From a virus (taxonomy: Duplodnaviria > Caudoviricetes), in the IMG/VR virus record IMGVR_UViG_3300031227_011455, positions 1,188 through 65,187 of that record: a DNA stretch of 64,000 nt. One strand, written 5' to 3'. Position 1 is the first letter of the stretch. Every line of letters begins with the position of its first letter. A model generated the notes under the pieces. It saw nothing but the letters and a program-made list of their open reading frames with translations, was not told the DNA's origin and made no database searches. This document shows positions 19,201 to 27,152 of this stretch, one piece after another. The position numbers were made by a program, and so were the translations under genes.

Positions 19201-19351
19201 TAACTATAAATCCAAGCTCTTCAGCAGGTTTTAAAATTTCTCTAATGGTAGTCTCTATGTTTTCATATTCATGCTTCCTTAAAGTAAAGATATTTTTTCC
19301 GTCGTTAACTTTATAACTTGGATTTATAAATTTCAAATTTTTAACCTCCAT
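16253..19351 (-). CDS. rpoB: Multisubunit RNA polymerase beta subunit, set 1
   Basis: GRVCPVDTPD, SSQMRQA, GYNYEDG, GDKIGNRHGNKG, NPMGIISRMNVGQ, GGQRLGEME. Confidence 0.95.
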   Translation of the reverse strand: MEVKNLKFINPSYKVNDGKNIFTLRKHEYENIETTIREILKPAEELGFIVTDFGIKDTKFSSGELFRTLKSNLVIKLQKGEAVIDLSMSIPKLIDDNYIIIGGRKKVPLFQLFDIPFVTRGKNIKMRTNVASLMVFEEKSFPYVHISIFGKKVPLVLVMFSYYGYDKIAEMFDFSKIEIDDENIKSLSTYDKLLFDLKDFYLSSEDYTREDFIKETGKCFSTYDYKVKGEDLIYGLDLILKTDLMSAKFFTTGTVLGDLLEVIKINDIDDTDFINKRIRCFEYVILSKVSKAVFDLCMSNRTSRKPKFNINSSQILSDVNVSTIVQFDFSINPIEELTLLSRTSLVGPGGFKKENVPYYLRDIQPSMFGRVCPVDTPDRENCGILQNLLPNVDLDENLKFTEKTLKDQPISIPVTMVPFSRNDDQTRLQMASSQMRQAIMLFNFDQPMVKSGCEQLYTDYTQFIKRAKKDGIIIYVDSDYIMIAYDDGDFDLINVSMRKLYVENIDLMEVYVSEGDKVKAKDIIAESNFCKNGEINIGKNLLTAITSKDGYNYEDGIIISDKLVKENIFTSIHVKDLSFTIPESKILISLENNNYKPLPKPFNIQNGNKLKKKYDIINKGNPYAILKEMPDNPLEYNSVFKEEIPLIAKHNLFVPSVNIYVNKYNDQIQQYVEWVEETKERQINEEKSIQDIIYQRMSKPNALQFIRDNNLDKFSHSGKYKIKGEEINGIYVEMNAIYLRNIEVGDKIGNRHGNKGVISKILPHNEMPKLEDGRNVDICINPMGIISRMNVGQVFEANLAMSINDLRNNLLNMFNESLSQEEIIEDRDIKIKNYLLNYIKIIDNTNNGWYYNQFKEQLENIKINEDFIKSITIIEPPFESSSADMIIEAMKYTNTPAEYKVFDHSIDDFLLNKICVGYMYFFRMVHIAAHKIAFRSIAMYNRKTLQPPAGRKNHGGQRLGEMETNCLIGHGALDNLSEFITTKSDCIDLKNQYIKSIIDSNYLKDEKDISKVPEAVELLKNYLMVTGLDMDE

Positions 19352-19589
19352 TTATTCTTTCTAAAACTAATTCTGAATATTCTATCAATTGTTTATCACT
19401 TAAATCACCCATATAATTATAATGCATTTTTCTTGATATCCAAAAGTCGCCTTCTAATTTATCTGTATTTTCTCTTAAAAATTTAAAAAGAGTTCTTCTA
19501 GTTTTTAACCTATATCTTTTAATTTCTACAAGATTATTTATAAAACATTCAGCATCTAATTTATCAACCATTAAGGAGTCCCTCCACAA
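19341..19589 (-). CDS. Hypothetical protein between beta' and beta
   Basis: Probable start at MVDKLD, overlapping the beta' stop. Confidence 0.6.
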   Translation of the reverse strand: MWRDSLMVDKLDAECFINNLVEIKRYRLKTRRTLFKFLRENTDKLEGDFWISRKMHYNYMGDLSDKQLIEYSELVLERINGG

Positions 19590-22288
19590 ATAATTCTATC
19601 AAAAATTCCAGTATATCTTCCAGATTTTTGAATTCCTTTTATAATCTGTCTTTTTGGATTTGAAAATCCTAAACCCAATAACCAACTGGATTTTTCTGGA
19701 ACTGTTTGAATGCTATAATAAGTTGGTTTAATAGTTTTTCTATTTTCTAATAATCTCCATAAAGTTTCATTTCCATTTTCAATTCCCCACATCATTTGCG
19801 AAATTATACATTCAAAATGAACATGGTGAATATCTCTACTATTATTATAAATTTCATATGAATCTGAAACTAAATCATTAAAATTTTTTCCTTTTGTTTG
19901 GTGGAATAATCTAGAAGCTAATGTCAGATCACCTACAATATCTTTTTGTTTTGATGATTCTTCATTATTTTTATCTAATTTTGCTATACCAGAATTATGA
20001 AATACTCTTAAAATTAGCTGAGTATTTGTTTCACCTAATGATTGAGCTGCAATTACTCCAACAAATTGACTATGTAAAAGTTTATATAAATCTCCATAAC
20101 ATTTATGACACAAATGTTCACTTTTACAGAAAATTGGACTTCTTAATTTAATAGTTTTTCCAAGTAAACTTTTTCGATTTTCTTTTGTTATTTTCTCTAA
20201 AACATTGCTATCATTTAAAAAATATCTTTCTAATAACATTTTAGATTTTTTATCATCTTTAACATATACATCTAAATAATCTTCTGTTCCACAATCATCT
20301 AATTCTTTACTTATTTCTAAATTTGTACCAGTAAAAAGTAATTTTCTTGAAAGATAACCAGATGCTCCAGTATTTAAAGCAACATCAAGAAGACCTTTTC
20401 TACAACCATAAGTTGAGTTAAAGAATTCCTCTTGGTTTAATCCTTCCAACAAACTATGTTTAATTGGTGTCTGTTTTATCATCCCATTAAAATCAGATAC
20501 AAAACCTCTTGAAAAAGCTATTTGTTTTACTTGTTCCCAACTACCTCTTGATCCGGATTCTATTAAATAAGAATATTTAAAATTTTCTTTTAAAAAGTCA
20601 ATTGTTTCTTTTGAATTTAATCTTTTTAATTGATCTATAACTGAACCATCTTTATAAATAGAATCTCTTATTTCTTCATAATTTTCAATAGCAAATGATT
20701 GTAATGATAAAGTTGGACCAAAAATAGTTGAATATTTAAAACCTGCAACTTTGATTTTATCAAGAGTTTCTGCAGTAATTTTGTCAGAATAATTTTCTTT
20801 AATATCATTCAAAATTTTTATTAATTCTTTTTTTCCAATTGGAGAATTAATTAGATGATAGTCATCCGGAAAACATTCATTTAAAATTTTAATACTCTCT
20901 GGAACATTTACATTTTTGTATTCAACTAAATTTTGTAATTTGGGAAATTGGTTCGTACTTAAAGTATATATGCCTAATACAATATCCTGACTAGGAACTG
21001 ATGATAAACTCATATTAGCAGGATTTGTAAAATTTTTCGTAATTATTACTTTATCTAGAATCTCATCTTTAGTTTTCTGTGAAATAGGAATGTACACTGC
21101 CATTTGGTCGCCATCAAAATCTGCATTAAAACCAGAACATGCAAGCGGATGTAATTTAATAACACTATCTTTTGATATTTTGATTTTAAATCCAAGCATG
21201 CTTAATCTATGTAAAGAAGGTTGTCTGTTTAAAATACATAATTCATTTTTTGATAATTCTTCGCAAATGTTAAATAATGAAAAATCATCAATTAAAATAC
21301 AGTAATCTATGTAATCAATTGCCTCATTTAATAATTTAAATTTACTAAACTCGATTAATTTTTTAGAAATCTGTAGTTTAAATAATTCTAAAAACATAAT
21401 ATATGGCAAAGAACATTCATCAATTTTTAACGATGGATCTGGAATAATTACAGCTCTTCCAGAAAAATCAATTCTTTTACCAAGAATATTTCCTCTAATA
21501 AGTCCTTCTTTTTTTGATAGTTTTTCTATAATATGTTCGTATAACTCAATTGCATCTTTTTGGATTTGTTTAAAATATGAATAAAACAAAACCTTATCTC
21601 TACTAATATCAATAATAGTATCTTTCATTGACTCTTTTTTAGTGAGAATTTGCATATAATATCTATTTATTTCATCAACTATCTGATTGTTTCTTTCAAT
21701 TCCTTTTGCAGCAGGTCTCAAATCTGGCGGTAATACCAAAATATTTTGAATAAATAATTTATCTATGTTATCTTTTATTATTTTCCATTTACTATTTGGG
21801 TCATTTTCTGTGTATCTTATTGATTCACTATTAATTAATTCATATATTGCTTCTGTTTTTTCCCATTTTTCAACATCAGGAGGAATTTTTGAATCTTCTG
21901 CAACATAAAAATAACCATCTTTTCTAAATAAAGAACATTTATCACTTTTCATTAATTTATTTAAAAAGCTCTTAATTGTAGTATCAGATACATCAATAAT
22001 TAAATCATACATTATTGGGTTAACAATATGAACTGGTAAAATTATTTTAGCAAAACGTTTTCTTCTAACATTACTATTAACTATATCTATTCCACATGTT
22101 TCACAAGTTCCTCCAGATCTAGATATTCCATGATATGTTCCACATTGGCAAGTATAATTTTTTATCGGACCGAAAATTTGCTCAGAGAATAATCCAAGAG
22201 GGTGAAATTTTCTTTTATCCATAATTTTAGAAGTCGTCACCTCTTTTAAATCATCACAAAATAAACTTATGTCCAAAAGTTTAGGCAT
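19571..22288 (-). CDS. rpoC: Multisubunit RNA polymerase beta' subunit, set 1
   Basis: GLFSEQIFG, zinc finger CQC...CETC, GKRIDFSGRAVI, NRQPSLH, catalytic NADFDGD, SGYLSRKL, AAQSLGE. Confidence 0.95.
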   Translation of the reverse strand: MPKLLDISLFCDDLKEVTTSKIMDKRKFHPLGLFSEQIFGPIKNYTCQCGTYHGISRSGGTCETCGIDIVNSNVRRKRFAKIILPVHIVNPIMYDLIIDVSDTTIKSFLNKLMKSDKCSLFRKDGYFYVAEDSKIPPDVEKWEKTEAIYELINSESIRYTENDPNSKWKIIKDNIDKLFIQNILVLPPDLRPAAKGIERNNQIVDEINRYYMQILTKKESMKDTIIDISRDKVLFYSYFKQIQKDAIELYEHIIEKLSKKEGLIRGNILGKRIDFSGRAVIIPDPSLKIDECSLPYIMFLELFKLQISKKLIEFSKFKLLNEAIDYIDYCILIDDFSLFNICEELSKNELCILNRQPSLHRLSMLGFKIKISKDSVIKLHPLACSGFNADFDGDQMAVYIPISQKTKDEILDKVIITKNFTNPANMSLSSVPSQDIVLGIYTLSTNQFPKLQNLVEYKNVNVPESIKILNECFPDDYHLINSPIGKKELIKILNDIKENYSDKITAETLDKIKVAGFKYSTIFGPTLSLQSFAIENYEEIRDSIYKDGSVIDQLKRLNSKETIDFLKENFKYSYLIESGSRGSWEQVKQIAFSRGFVSDFNGMIKQTPIKHSLLEGLNQEEFFNSTYGCRKGLLDVALNTGASGYLSRKLLFTGTNLEISKELDDCGTEDYLDVYVKDDKKSKMLLERYFLNDSNVLEKITKENRKSLLGKTIKLRSPIFCKSEHLCHKCYGDLYKLLHSQFVGVIAAQSLGETNTQLILRVFHNSGIAKLDKNNEESSKQKDIVGDLTLASRLFHQTKGKNFNDLVSDSYEIYNNSRDIHHVHFECIISQMMWGIENGNETLWRLLENRKTIKPTYYSIQTVPEKSSWLLGLGFSNPKRQIIKGIQKSGRYTGIFDRIICGGTP

Positions 22289-22514
22289 CTTTTACCTCAT
22301 CATTATTGTTGTCAGAAATTTCTTCAGAATTTTTAATTATAAAATTTCCAATTTCTTTAAAATGTCTTTTTACATATTTTGCAATGATTGGATCAAATTC
22401 TTTCATAATTTCTGGAATTAAAAGTTTAATATCTTTTGTTTTAAGATATTCTTCTTCACTAATTATATCTTTTATTGTTTCTTTAAATGATAATTCATTC
22501 TTCTCTGTTTCCAT
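22281..22514 (-). CDS. Hypothetical protein
   Basis: Probable ATG at 22514 (METEKN), overlapping both neighbours. Confidence 0.6.
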   Translation of the reverse strand: METEKNELSFKETIKDIISEEEYLKTKDIKLLIPEIMKEFDPIIAKYVKRHFKEIGNFIIKNSEEISDNNNDEVKDA

Positions 22515-22674
22515 TCTTATTTCCTTTTTCAAAAAGATTATTTAAAGCTTCATCAATAATATTTTTTAGAAAACTAAAAATATTATCTGAACTTTTTTGA
22601 ACAACTGGTTTTAAATCTTGTATAGCTTGATTTCCAATTTCTTTTAAATCTTCTTTTAAATCTTCTTTTTTCAT
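22495..22674 (-). CDS. Small helical protein (59 aa, below the ORF-track cutoff)
   Basis: ATGA overlap with the mini-E2 stop; MKKEDLKEDLKEIGNQAIQ...NREE. Confidence 0.6.
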   Translation of the reverse strand: MKKEDLKEDLKEIGNQAIQDLKPVVQKSSDNIFSFLKNIIDEALNNLFEKGNKNGNREE

Positions 22675-23024
22675 AAAATTTTATCATCTCCTTCTTTAAT
22701 ACATTTAAATGCACCCCAATCTTGATAGTATGAACTATTATAATTAAAAATTTTTAATGTCTCAACAATAATATTTATTAAATCAACATTTATTATTCTA
22801 TCTTTTATAGAATCTGGTAAACAGAAAATATTAGTTTCTGGATCACAATTTGGATGTTTACCATTAACAATTAATATTTTTTTTACTCTTCTTGTCTCGT
22901 CTACATAAACTTCAAACTTATTTATAATATATTCTGAATCTATAAGTATTATTTTATAAAAATTTGATATACATATTAATTTATCTGGTATTATTTTTCT
23001 TCTAAAAAGATATTTTCTTAACAT
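22671..23024 (-). CDS. Small E2/UBC-like protein
   Basis: HPNCDPETNIFCL matches the E2 HPN...C catalytic motif; probable ATG at 23024, just after the E1 stop. Confidence 0.6.
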   Translation of the reverse strand: MLRKYLFRRKIIPDKLICISNFYKIILIDSEYIINKFEVYVDETRRVKKILIVNGKHPNCDPETNIFCLPDSIKDRIINVDLINIIVETLKIFNYNSSYYQDWGAFKCIKEGDDKIL

Positions 23025-23025
23025 A

Positions 23026-23913
23026 TTAAGCACTACCTGTTTCTGGTAATAATTCAACATAAAACTTGCCATTATAATTGTTAATTGCAATTATGTAATA
23101 ATTAAATGAAAATGGAACTACATTCATAAGTGAGGAAAAATTAGAGATTATATCATTGATTGAATTGAAGTTATTTTTAGGAACTTGTTTTGTCATATAT
23201 GGTGTATTCTTATCACCAACACAAATTGTTAAATCATTTTTCTTATTTATATCAATTATTGATAAATAATTATTTTGTAAATTTATTAGTTTTTCATCAA
23301 ATGAATTAAAATCATATATTATATCAACATTATCTTTTTTAGATATTAAATTTTTAGTTTTTTCTGTAAAGGAATCAATTGGAATTTCATGGACAATTTG
23401 TTTATTTACTATCTCATTAAAAATTCCGTTTCCAATTAAAATGGTTGCATTTAAAGCAGCATAATTTAAATCTGTTTTACTTAATCTACTTATATATTTA
23501 CCTTCATGTTGTTTTTCATAAGAAACACTTTTTCTACAATCTATAATCAAATCTCTATAAGAAATATACAATCTTGCATCAATTATATTTTCTCTATCAT
23601 ATGTAAAATCTCTACAATCTATAACCAAATCACATTTCGGTATTTTTGTAATACCCTCTATAAATTTTTCATTTTGAACATGAAGTTGAACATTACTATT
23701 TATTTTCTTATAAATAGCTTTTGTTTTTAGTTCTCCAACATCCTTTTGTTGGTAGACAGAATTTCTTATATTTTTTTGTTCAACAATATCATAATCAATT
23801 AATGTTAAATTTTTTGTTGATTCAAGTTCAGATATATTTTTTGCTAAAAAACCACCTAATGTTCCGATTCCAATTAAACAAATATCACCATACAAATCAA
23901 ATATACCCTCCAT
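23026..23913 (-). CDS. ThiF/E1-like adenylyltransferase (E1-B)
   Basis: GIGTLGG, IDYDIVEQKNIRN, KT, VIDCRD. Confidence 0.85.
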   Translation of the reverse strand: MEGIFDLYGDICLIGIGTLGGFLAKNISELESTKNLTLIDYDIVEQKNIRNSVYQQKDVGELKTKAIYKKINSNVQLHVQNEKFIEGITKIPKCDLVIDCRDFTYDRENIIDARLYISYRDLIIDCRKSVSYEKQHEGKYISRLSKTDLNYAALNATILIGNGIFNEIVNKQIVHEIPIDSFTEKTKNLISKKDNVDIIYDFNSFDEKLINLQNNYLSIIDINKKNDLTICVGDKNTPYMTKQVPKNNFNSINDIISNFSSLMNVVPFSFNYYIIAINNYNGKFYVELLPETGSA

Positions 23914-23924
23914 ATTAATCTTTT

Positions 23925-23934
23925 ATTTGTTCTA
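23925..23934 (-). promoter_or_regulatory. Candidate class B promoter core (TAGAACAAAT)
   Basis: 10-nt match to the 5045 and 59408 motifs, just upstream of the E1-B start. Confidence 0.4.
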
Positions 23935-23961
23935 TCATTTAAAAAAAATTTCTTTAATTTT

Positions 23962-24099
23962 TTACCATCCAAAGATGCATTTATAAGTAAATATTGAAAA
24001 ACCAATTATAAGAACTATAGATGCATAATATCCATAATGTCCACTATTTCTAAAATTGTATACACTGGTATCATGACCCATTCCTTCATCATCTCTCAT
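23962..24099 (-). CDS. Small membrane protein (45 aa)
   Basis: MRDDEGMGHD...YYASIVLIIGFSIFTYKCIFGW; one hydrophobic helix. Confidence 0.5.
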   Translation of the reverse strand: MRDDEGMGHDTSVYNFRNSGHYGYYASIVLIIGFSIFTYKCIFGW

Positions 24100-24101
24100 A
24101 A

Positions 24102-24341
24102 CTAACCTTTCATTATCTTTATTATTTCAACTATATTATTTTTTAAAAAATCAATTTCTTCTATATTAAGACCACCCGATGGAGCGTATCCTGTACTACC
24201 ATCTTTCTTTTCAAAACATCTTGTAATTCTTAATTTTGATTCGCCACCATCATAAGAAAAGATTGAGCATAATAAAGAAGAGTTATCTTTTTTTAATTCA
24301 ATTAATTTAATTAACTTGTCTTTAGATTGATCATATGCCAT
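24102..24341 (-). CDS. PC4/YdbC-like ssDNA-binding fold protein
   Basis: SYDGGESKLRITR...GLNIEE pattern. Confidence 0.5.
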   Translation of the reverse strand: MAYDQSKDKLIKLIELKKDNSSLLCSIFSYDGGESKLRITRCFEKKDGSTGYAPSGGLNIEEIDFLKNNIVEIIKIMKG

Positions 24342-24356
24342 ATAAAAAACCTTTCT

Positions 24357-24398
24357 GGAAGTTAAACTGTATGAGTTTCCTCATACAGTTTAACTTCC
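24357..24398. terminator. Perfect 19-bp hairpin
   Basis: ggaagttaaactgtatgag-tttc-ctcatacagtttaacttcc. Confidence 0.65.
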
Positions 24399-24402
24399 TT
24401 TT

Positions 24403-24921
24403 TTAGTTTATTTTTAATGTCTTAAACATTCTTTTTTCTTCACTTGTTGGTATTGGTTGAAACTCAGATTTAAAATTGAAGAATTGTTGGGAAACTTCAA
24501 CAGAATATAAATAAGGAATTTGAACTATAAATTTTTCTGCATTACTATTCCATTCTAAATTTAACTTATCTGCATATGAAATAAATTTATCTAATTCTTT
24601 TTCATCCTTAAATTTAAATGACCTGGGATTAATTAAATGAAATCTTGGGTCATTATATAAATCTGGTCCAATTTGATATTTATTATTTTCGCTAAAAATA
24701 GCTTCGTATGCTCTACTTTTACACTTTCGTCTTGCAAATTTTTTATCATGTGAATCTTTTACTGAACAAATAGAAACACCGCGAGAAATAATCTTTTTAT
24801 CTTTTGATAAAAATAAACAAACGCTAAAAATATTTCCAATCAGTGGATAATTTTTGTAATAAAATTTAATTTGTTCTACACCTGCTCCTCTTAATTTTTC
24901 ATCAACATTTAGCACTGTCAT
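24403..24921 (-). CDS. Conserved phage hypothetical protein
   Basis: GVSICSVKDSHDKKFARRKCKSRA motif; GGAG SD. Confidence 0.7.
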   Translation of the reverse strand: MTVLNVDEKLRGAGVEQIKFYYKNYPLIGNIFSVCLFLSKDKKIISRGVSICSVKDSHDKKFARRKCKSRAYEAIFSENNKYQIGPDLYNDPRFHLINPRSFKFKDEKELDKFISYADKLNLEWNSNAEKFIVQIPYLYSVEVSQQFFNFKSEFQPIPTSEEKRMFKTLKIN

Positions 24922-24940
24922 ATATTTTCTCCATAAATAA

Positions 24941-24974
24941 AAAGGAAGGATGATTTCTCAACCACCCTTCCTTT
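24941..24974 (-). terminator. Terminator after the Ubl gene
   Basis: aaaggaagg/ccttccttt stem followed by a U-tract on the minus strand. Confidence 0.65.
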
Positions 24975-24986
24975 CATACTAAAATA

Positions 24987-25436
24987 TTAGCCTTTTCTGC
25001 CTGCTTCTCTTACAAACTCAAGCACATCTCCATTCTTAAGAACATAAGAATCTTCAGCAGCTTCACCATTAACAATACTGGAAGAATCTGTTTCTATATT
25101 CAAAATTTCTCGGTATAGTGCTTTTACATAACCAACACTTTTTCCAACAACGGGATAGTTAGAAGAAGCTGCGCCGCAAGAAACAGTAACAAGTGTTTCA
25201 AAAACATTATTTTTCTTCTTGTAACTAGTAAGATTTGCATTTATATAATCAATTTCTTCATGATCAGTGTTGTATGCATCTTCTGCATCTTCTGCATCTT
25301 CCTGATACGCCATAATTGCATCAACTAAATCATCTTTTCTTGCCTTACTCATTCCAACAATATTATACTGACGACAAATTTCTCTAAGTTCTGCATTTGT
25401 TTTTTCTTCCAAATCTTCTCTTTTGTAATCTACCAT
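24987..25436 (-). CDS. Ubiquitin-like (beta-grasp) protein with N-terminal Rho-N/HeH domain
   Basis: LEEKTNAELREICRQYNIVGMSKARKDDLVDAI (HeH); acidic linker; VNG...VLKNGDVLEFV; C-terminal AGRKG. Confidence 0.85.
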   Translation of the reverse strand: MVDYKREDLEEKTNAELREICRQYNIVGMSKARKDDLVDAIMAYQEDAEDAEDAYNTDHEEIDYINANLTSYKKKNNVFETLVTVSCGAASSNYPVVGKSVGYVKALYREILNIETDSSSIVNGEAAEDSYVLKNGDVLEFVREAGRKG

Positions 25437-25465
25437 AATAAAACTCCTTTTCTTTTTTTTAAACT

Positions 25466-26164
25466 CTATTTTTTTGTTTTTGGTAACCTAATTTTTGAAT
25501 TCGAATTCATAGTTAAAATATCAAAATATACTTCTGAAATATTAAAATTTTCATTTTTAATTATGTTGTAGAATGCGTTACACATATGACTTGCAACGGC
25601 AACATTTGTAAAATATATTTGAGGTTCAGATTTTGATAATTCTTCACAAGACATTTCATCTGGTGATTTATCAATTGGATTTTTAATTTCTGGATGATAA
25701 TCAGTTAAATTTGGTGTTAGATCAATACCTCCTTTCTTAATAAAAATTTGAATATTTCCATCAGTTAATTCATTTCCGCCTGAGATAACCGTTATGTCAT
25801 CTAATTTTTTTGCGTAATCTGAAATTAACTTCCTTGTTTTATGATTATCAACAGCGACAAATATTATTGAATTTTCTTTAACTATATTGGGAATTAAAGA
25901 TTCATCCAAATAATAAGGATAATCATGATAACTTATATTTTTAAATTTATACGATAATTCTTGACATTTTACTGTGGATTTATCTCCAAGTTCTAAAAAT
26001 TCTTGTCTTTCTCTATTTTTTAATTCATACTCATCTCCATCAACAAGATTAATTTCTGATGATGGAATTGTTTTATCTGTATCAACATATCTAGAAATAG
26101 CATTTGATAAAACAGAACCTATTCCACCTAAACCAATAATTGATATTTCCATTTTTATCTCCAT
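25466..26164 (-). CDS. ThiF/E1-like activating enzyme (E1-A)
   Basis: GLGGIGS, DGDEYELKNRERQ, VDNHKTR, SGGN, candidate catalytic SCEE, QIYFTN. Confidence 0.9.
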   Translation of the reverse strand: MEIKMEISIIGLGGIGSVLSNAISRYVDTDKTIPSSEINLVDGDEYELKNRERQEFLELGDKSTVKCQELSYKFKNISYHDYPYYLDESLIPNIVKENSIIFVAVDNHKTRKLISDYAKKLDDITVISGGNELTDGNIQIFIKKGGIDLTPNLTDYHPEIKNPIDKSPDEMSCEELSKSEPQIYFTNVAVASHMCNAFYNIIKNENFNISEVYFDILTMNSNSKIRLPKTKK

Positions 26165-26270
26165 ATAAATTTTTTAAGTAAGATAATCTGCCCAATTATA
26201 TTCATAATGTTCAATTAAATTATAATCTATTGTTTCATTTGTAAGTTTTTCATGTTTATGAATACAAGTA

Positions 26271-27152
26271 TCACATGCGCAAAACTTTTTTAATTTTTTT
26301 ATCTTCTACATTTTCAACAAACATTAATGGATCATGTTTTATTTGTTTATCCTCAGGAATTTCATTTTTAATAAGTTTACCATCTTTAAATGTATATGTA
26401 ACTCTTGGTTTAAAAGTATATTGATAAACTTTTTCTTTAACTTTTTCTAACCATTCTTCTTTAAAATTATATATTGTTGGATCATCACTATCTATTTTAT
26501 AACCAAATTTTGGTTTCTTATAATAATTATATATTTTTACACCAGGTATATTATATGATTCATTTGATTCATTTTCTATACATTCCAAATTTTCAATATA
26601 GTCCTCTGGTGGAATAACAATTCTCATTCCATTTACAACTATTGAAGCGCAAATTTCAAACAATTCTGAATTTATTTTTCCTATTGTAAAGTGTATTCCA
26701 TCAAATTTTTCTTCATCCGAAATATCTGTTCCTGAATGAAATGCTGACATAGAAGCATGAGAATGAATACTTGAAACCAATACATAATCTTTAATTGTTT
26801 GTTTTGAATCATAATCTATAGAAGAAAAAGAAACTTCTTGATCAGGAACAAGAATTCTATATCTTTTTTTATCCTTATTATAAAATATAAGAGCAACTGC
26901 TTCTGATTTATGTATTTCATAAACTTTTTTAAAAAAACCTACTATATTTCCAATTAATCTTGTTGGAATTTTTGGAATCATAATTCTTGCAAATGTAGGC
27001 ATATCTTCTAAAAATGAAATTTTGTCAATTGGTGTTATGCTCTCAATTAAATCTAATTTTTTCTTTAAGTATATTCCATCTTTTGCAATTATATAACATG
27101 TTTCATCATCTGGTATATTATCTTTTTTATCATTTATGTAAATATTCATCAT
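26271..27152 (-). CDS. JAB/JAMM metalloprotease (Ubl processing/deconjugation)
   Basis: Catalytic E in SEAV; HSHASMSAFHSGTD = HxHx7Sx2D; probable start at the TAATG overlap at 27152. Confidence 0.9.
   Translation of the reverse strand: MMNIYINDKKDNIPDDETCYIIAKDGIYLKKKLDLIESITPIDKISFLEDMPTFARIMIPKIPTRLIGNIVGFFKKVYEIHKSEAVALIFYNKDKKRYRILVPDQEVSFSSIDYDSKQTIKDYVLVSSIHSHASMSAFHSGTDISDEEKFDGIHFTIGKINSELFEICASIVVNGMRIVIPPEDYIENLECIENESNESYNIPGVKIYNYYKKPKFGYKIDSDDPTIYNFKEEWLEKVKEKVYQYTFKPRVTYTFKDGKLIKNEIPEDKQIKHDPLMFVENVEDKKIKKVLRM

Noticed and set aside
24870-24879. Additional TAGAACAAAT match
   Set aside because: It lies within coding sequence (VEQI codons) and is probably chance in AT-rich DNA.
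23026-26164. Thiamine or molybdopterin biosynthesis role for the ThiF/Ubl genes
   Set aside because: No ThiG, MoaE, rhodanese or desulfurase in the window, while E2-like and JAB genes are adjacent.
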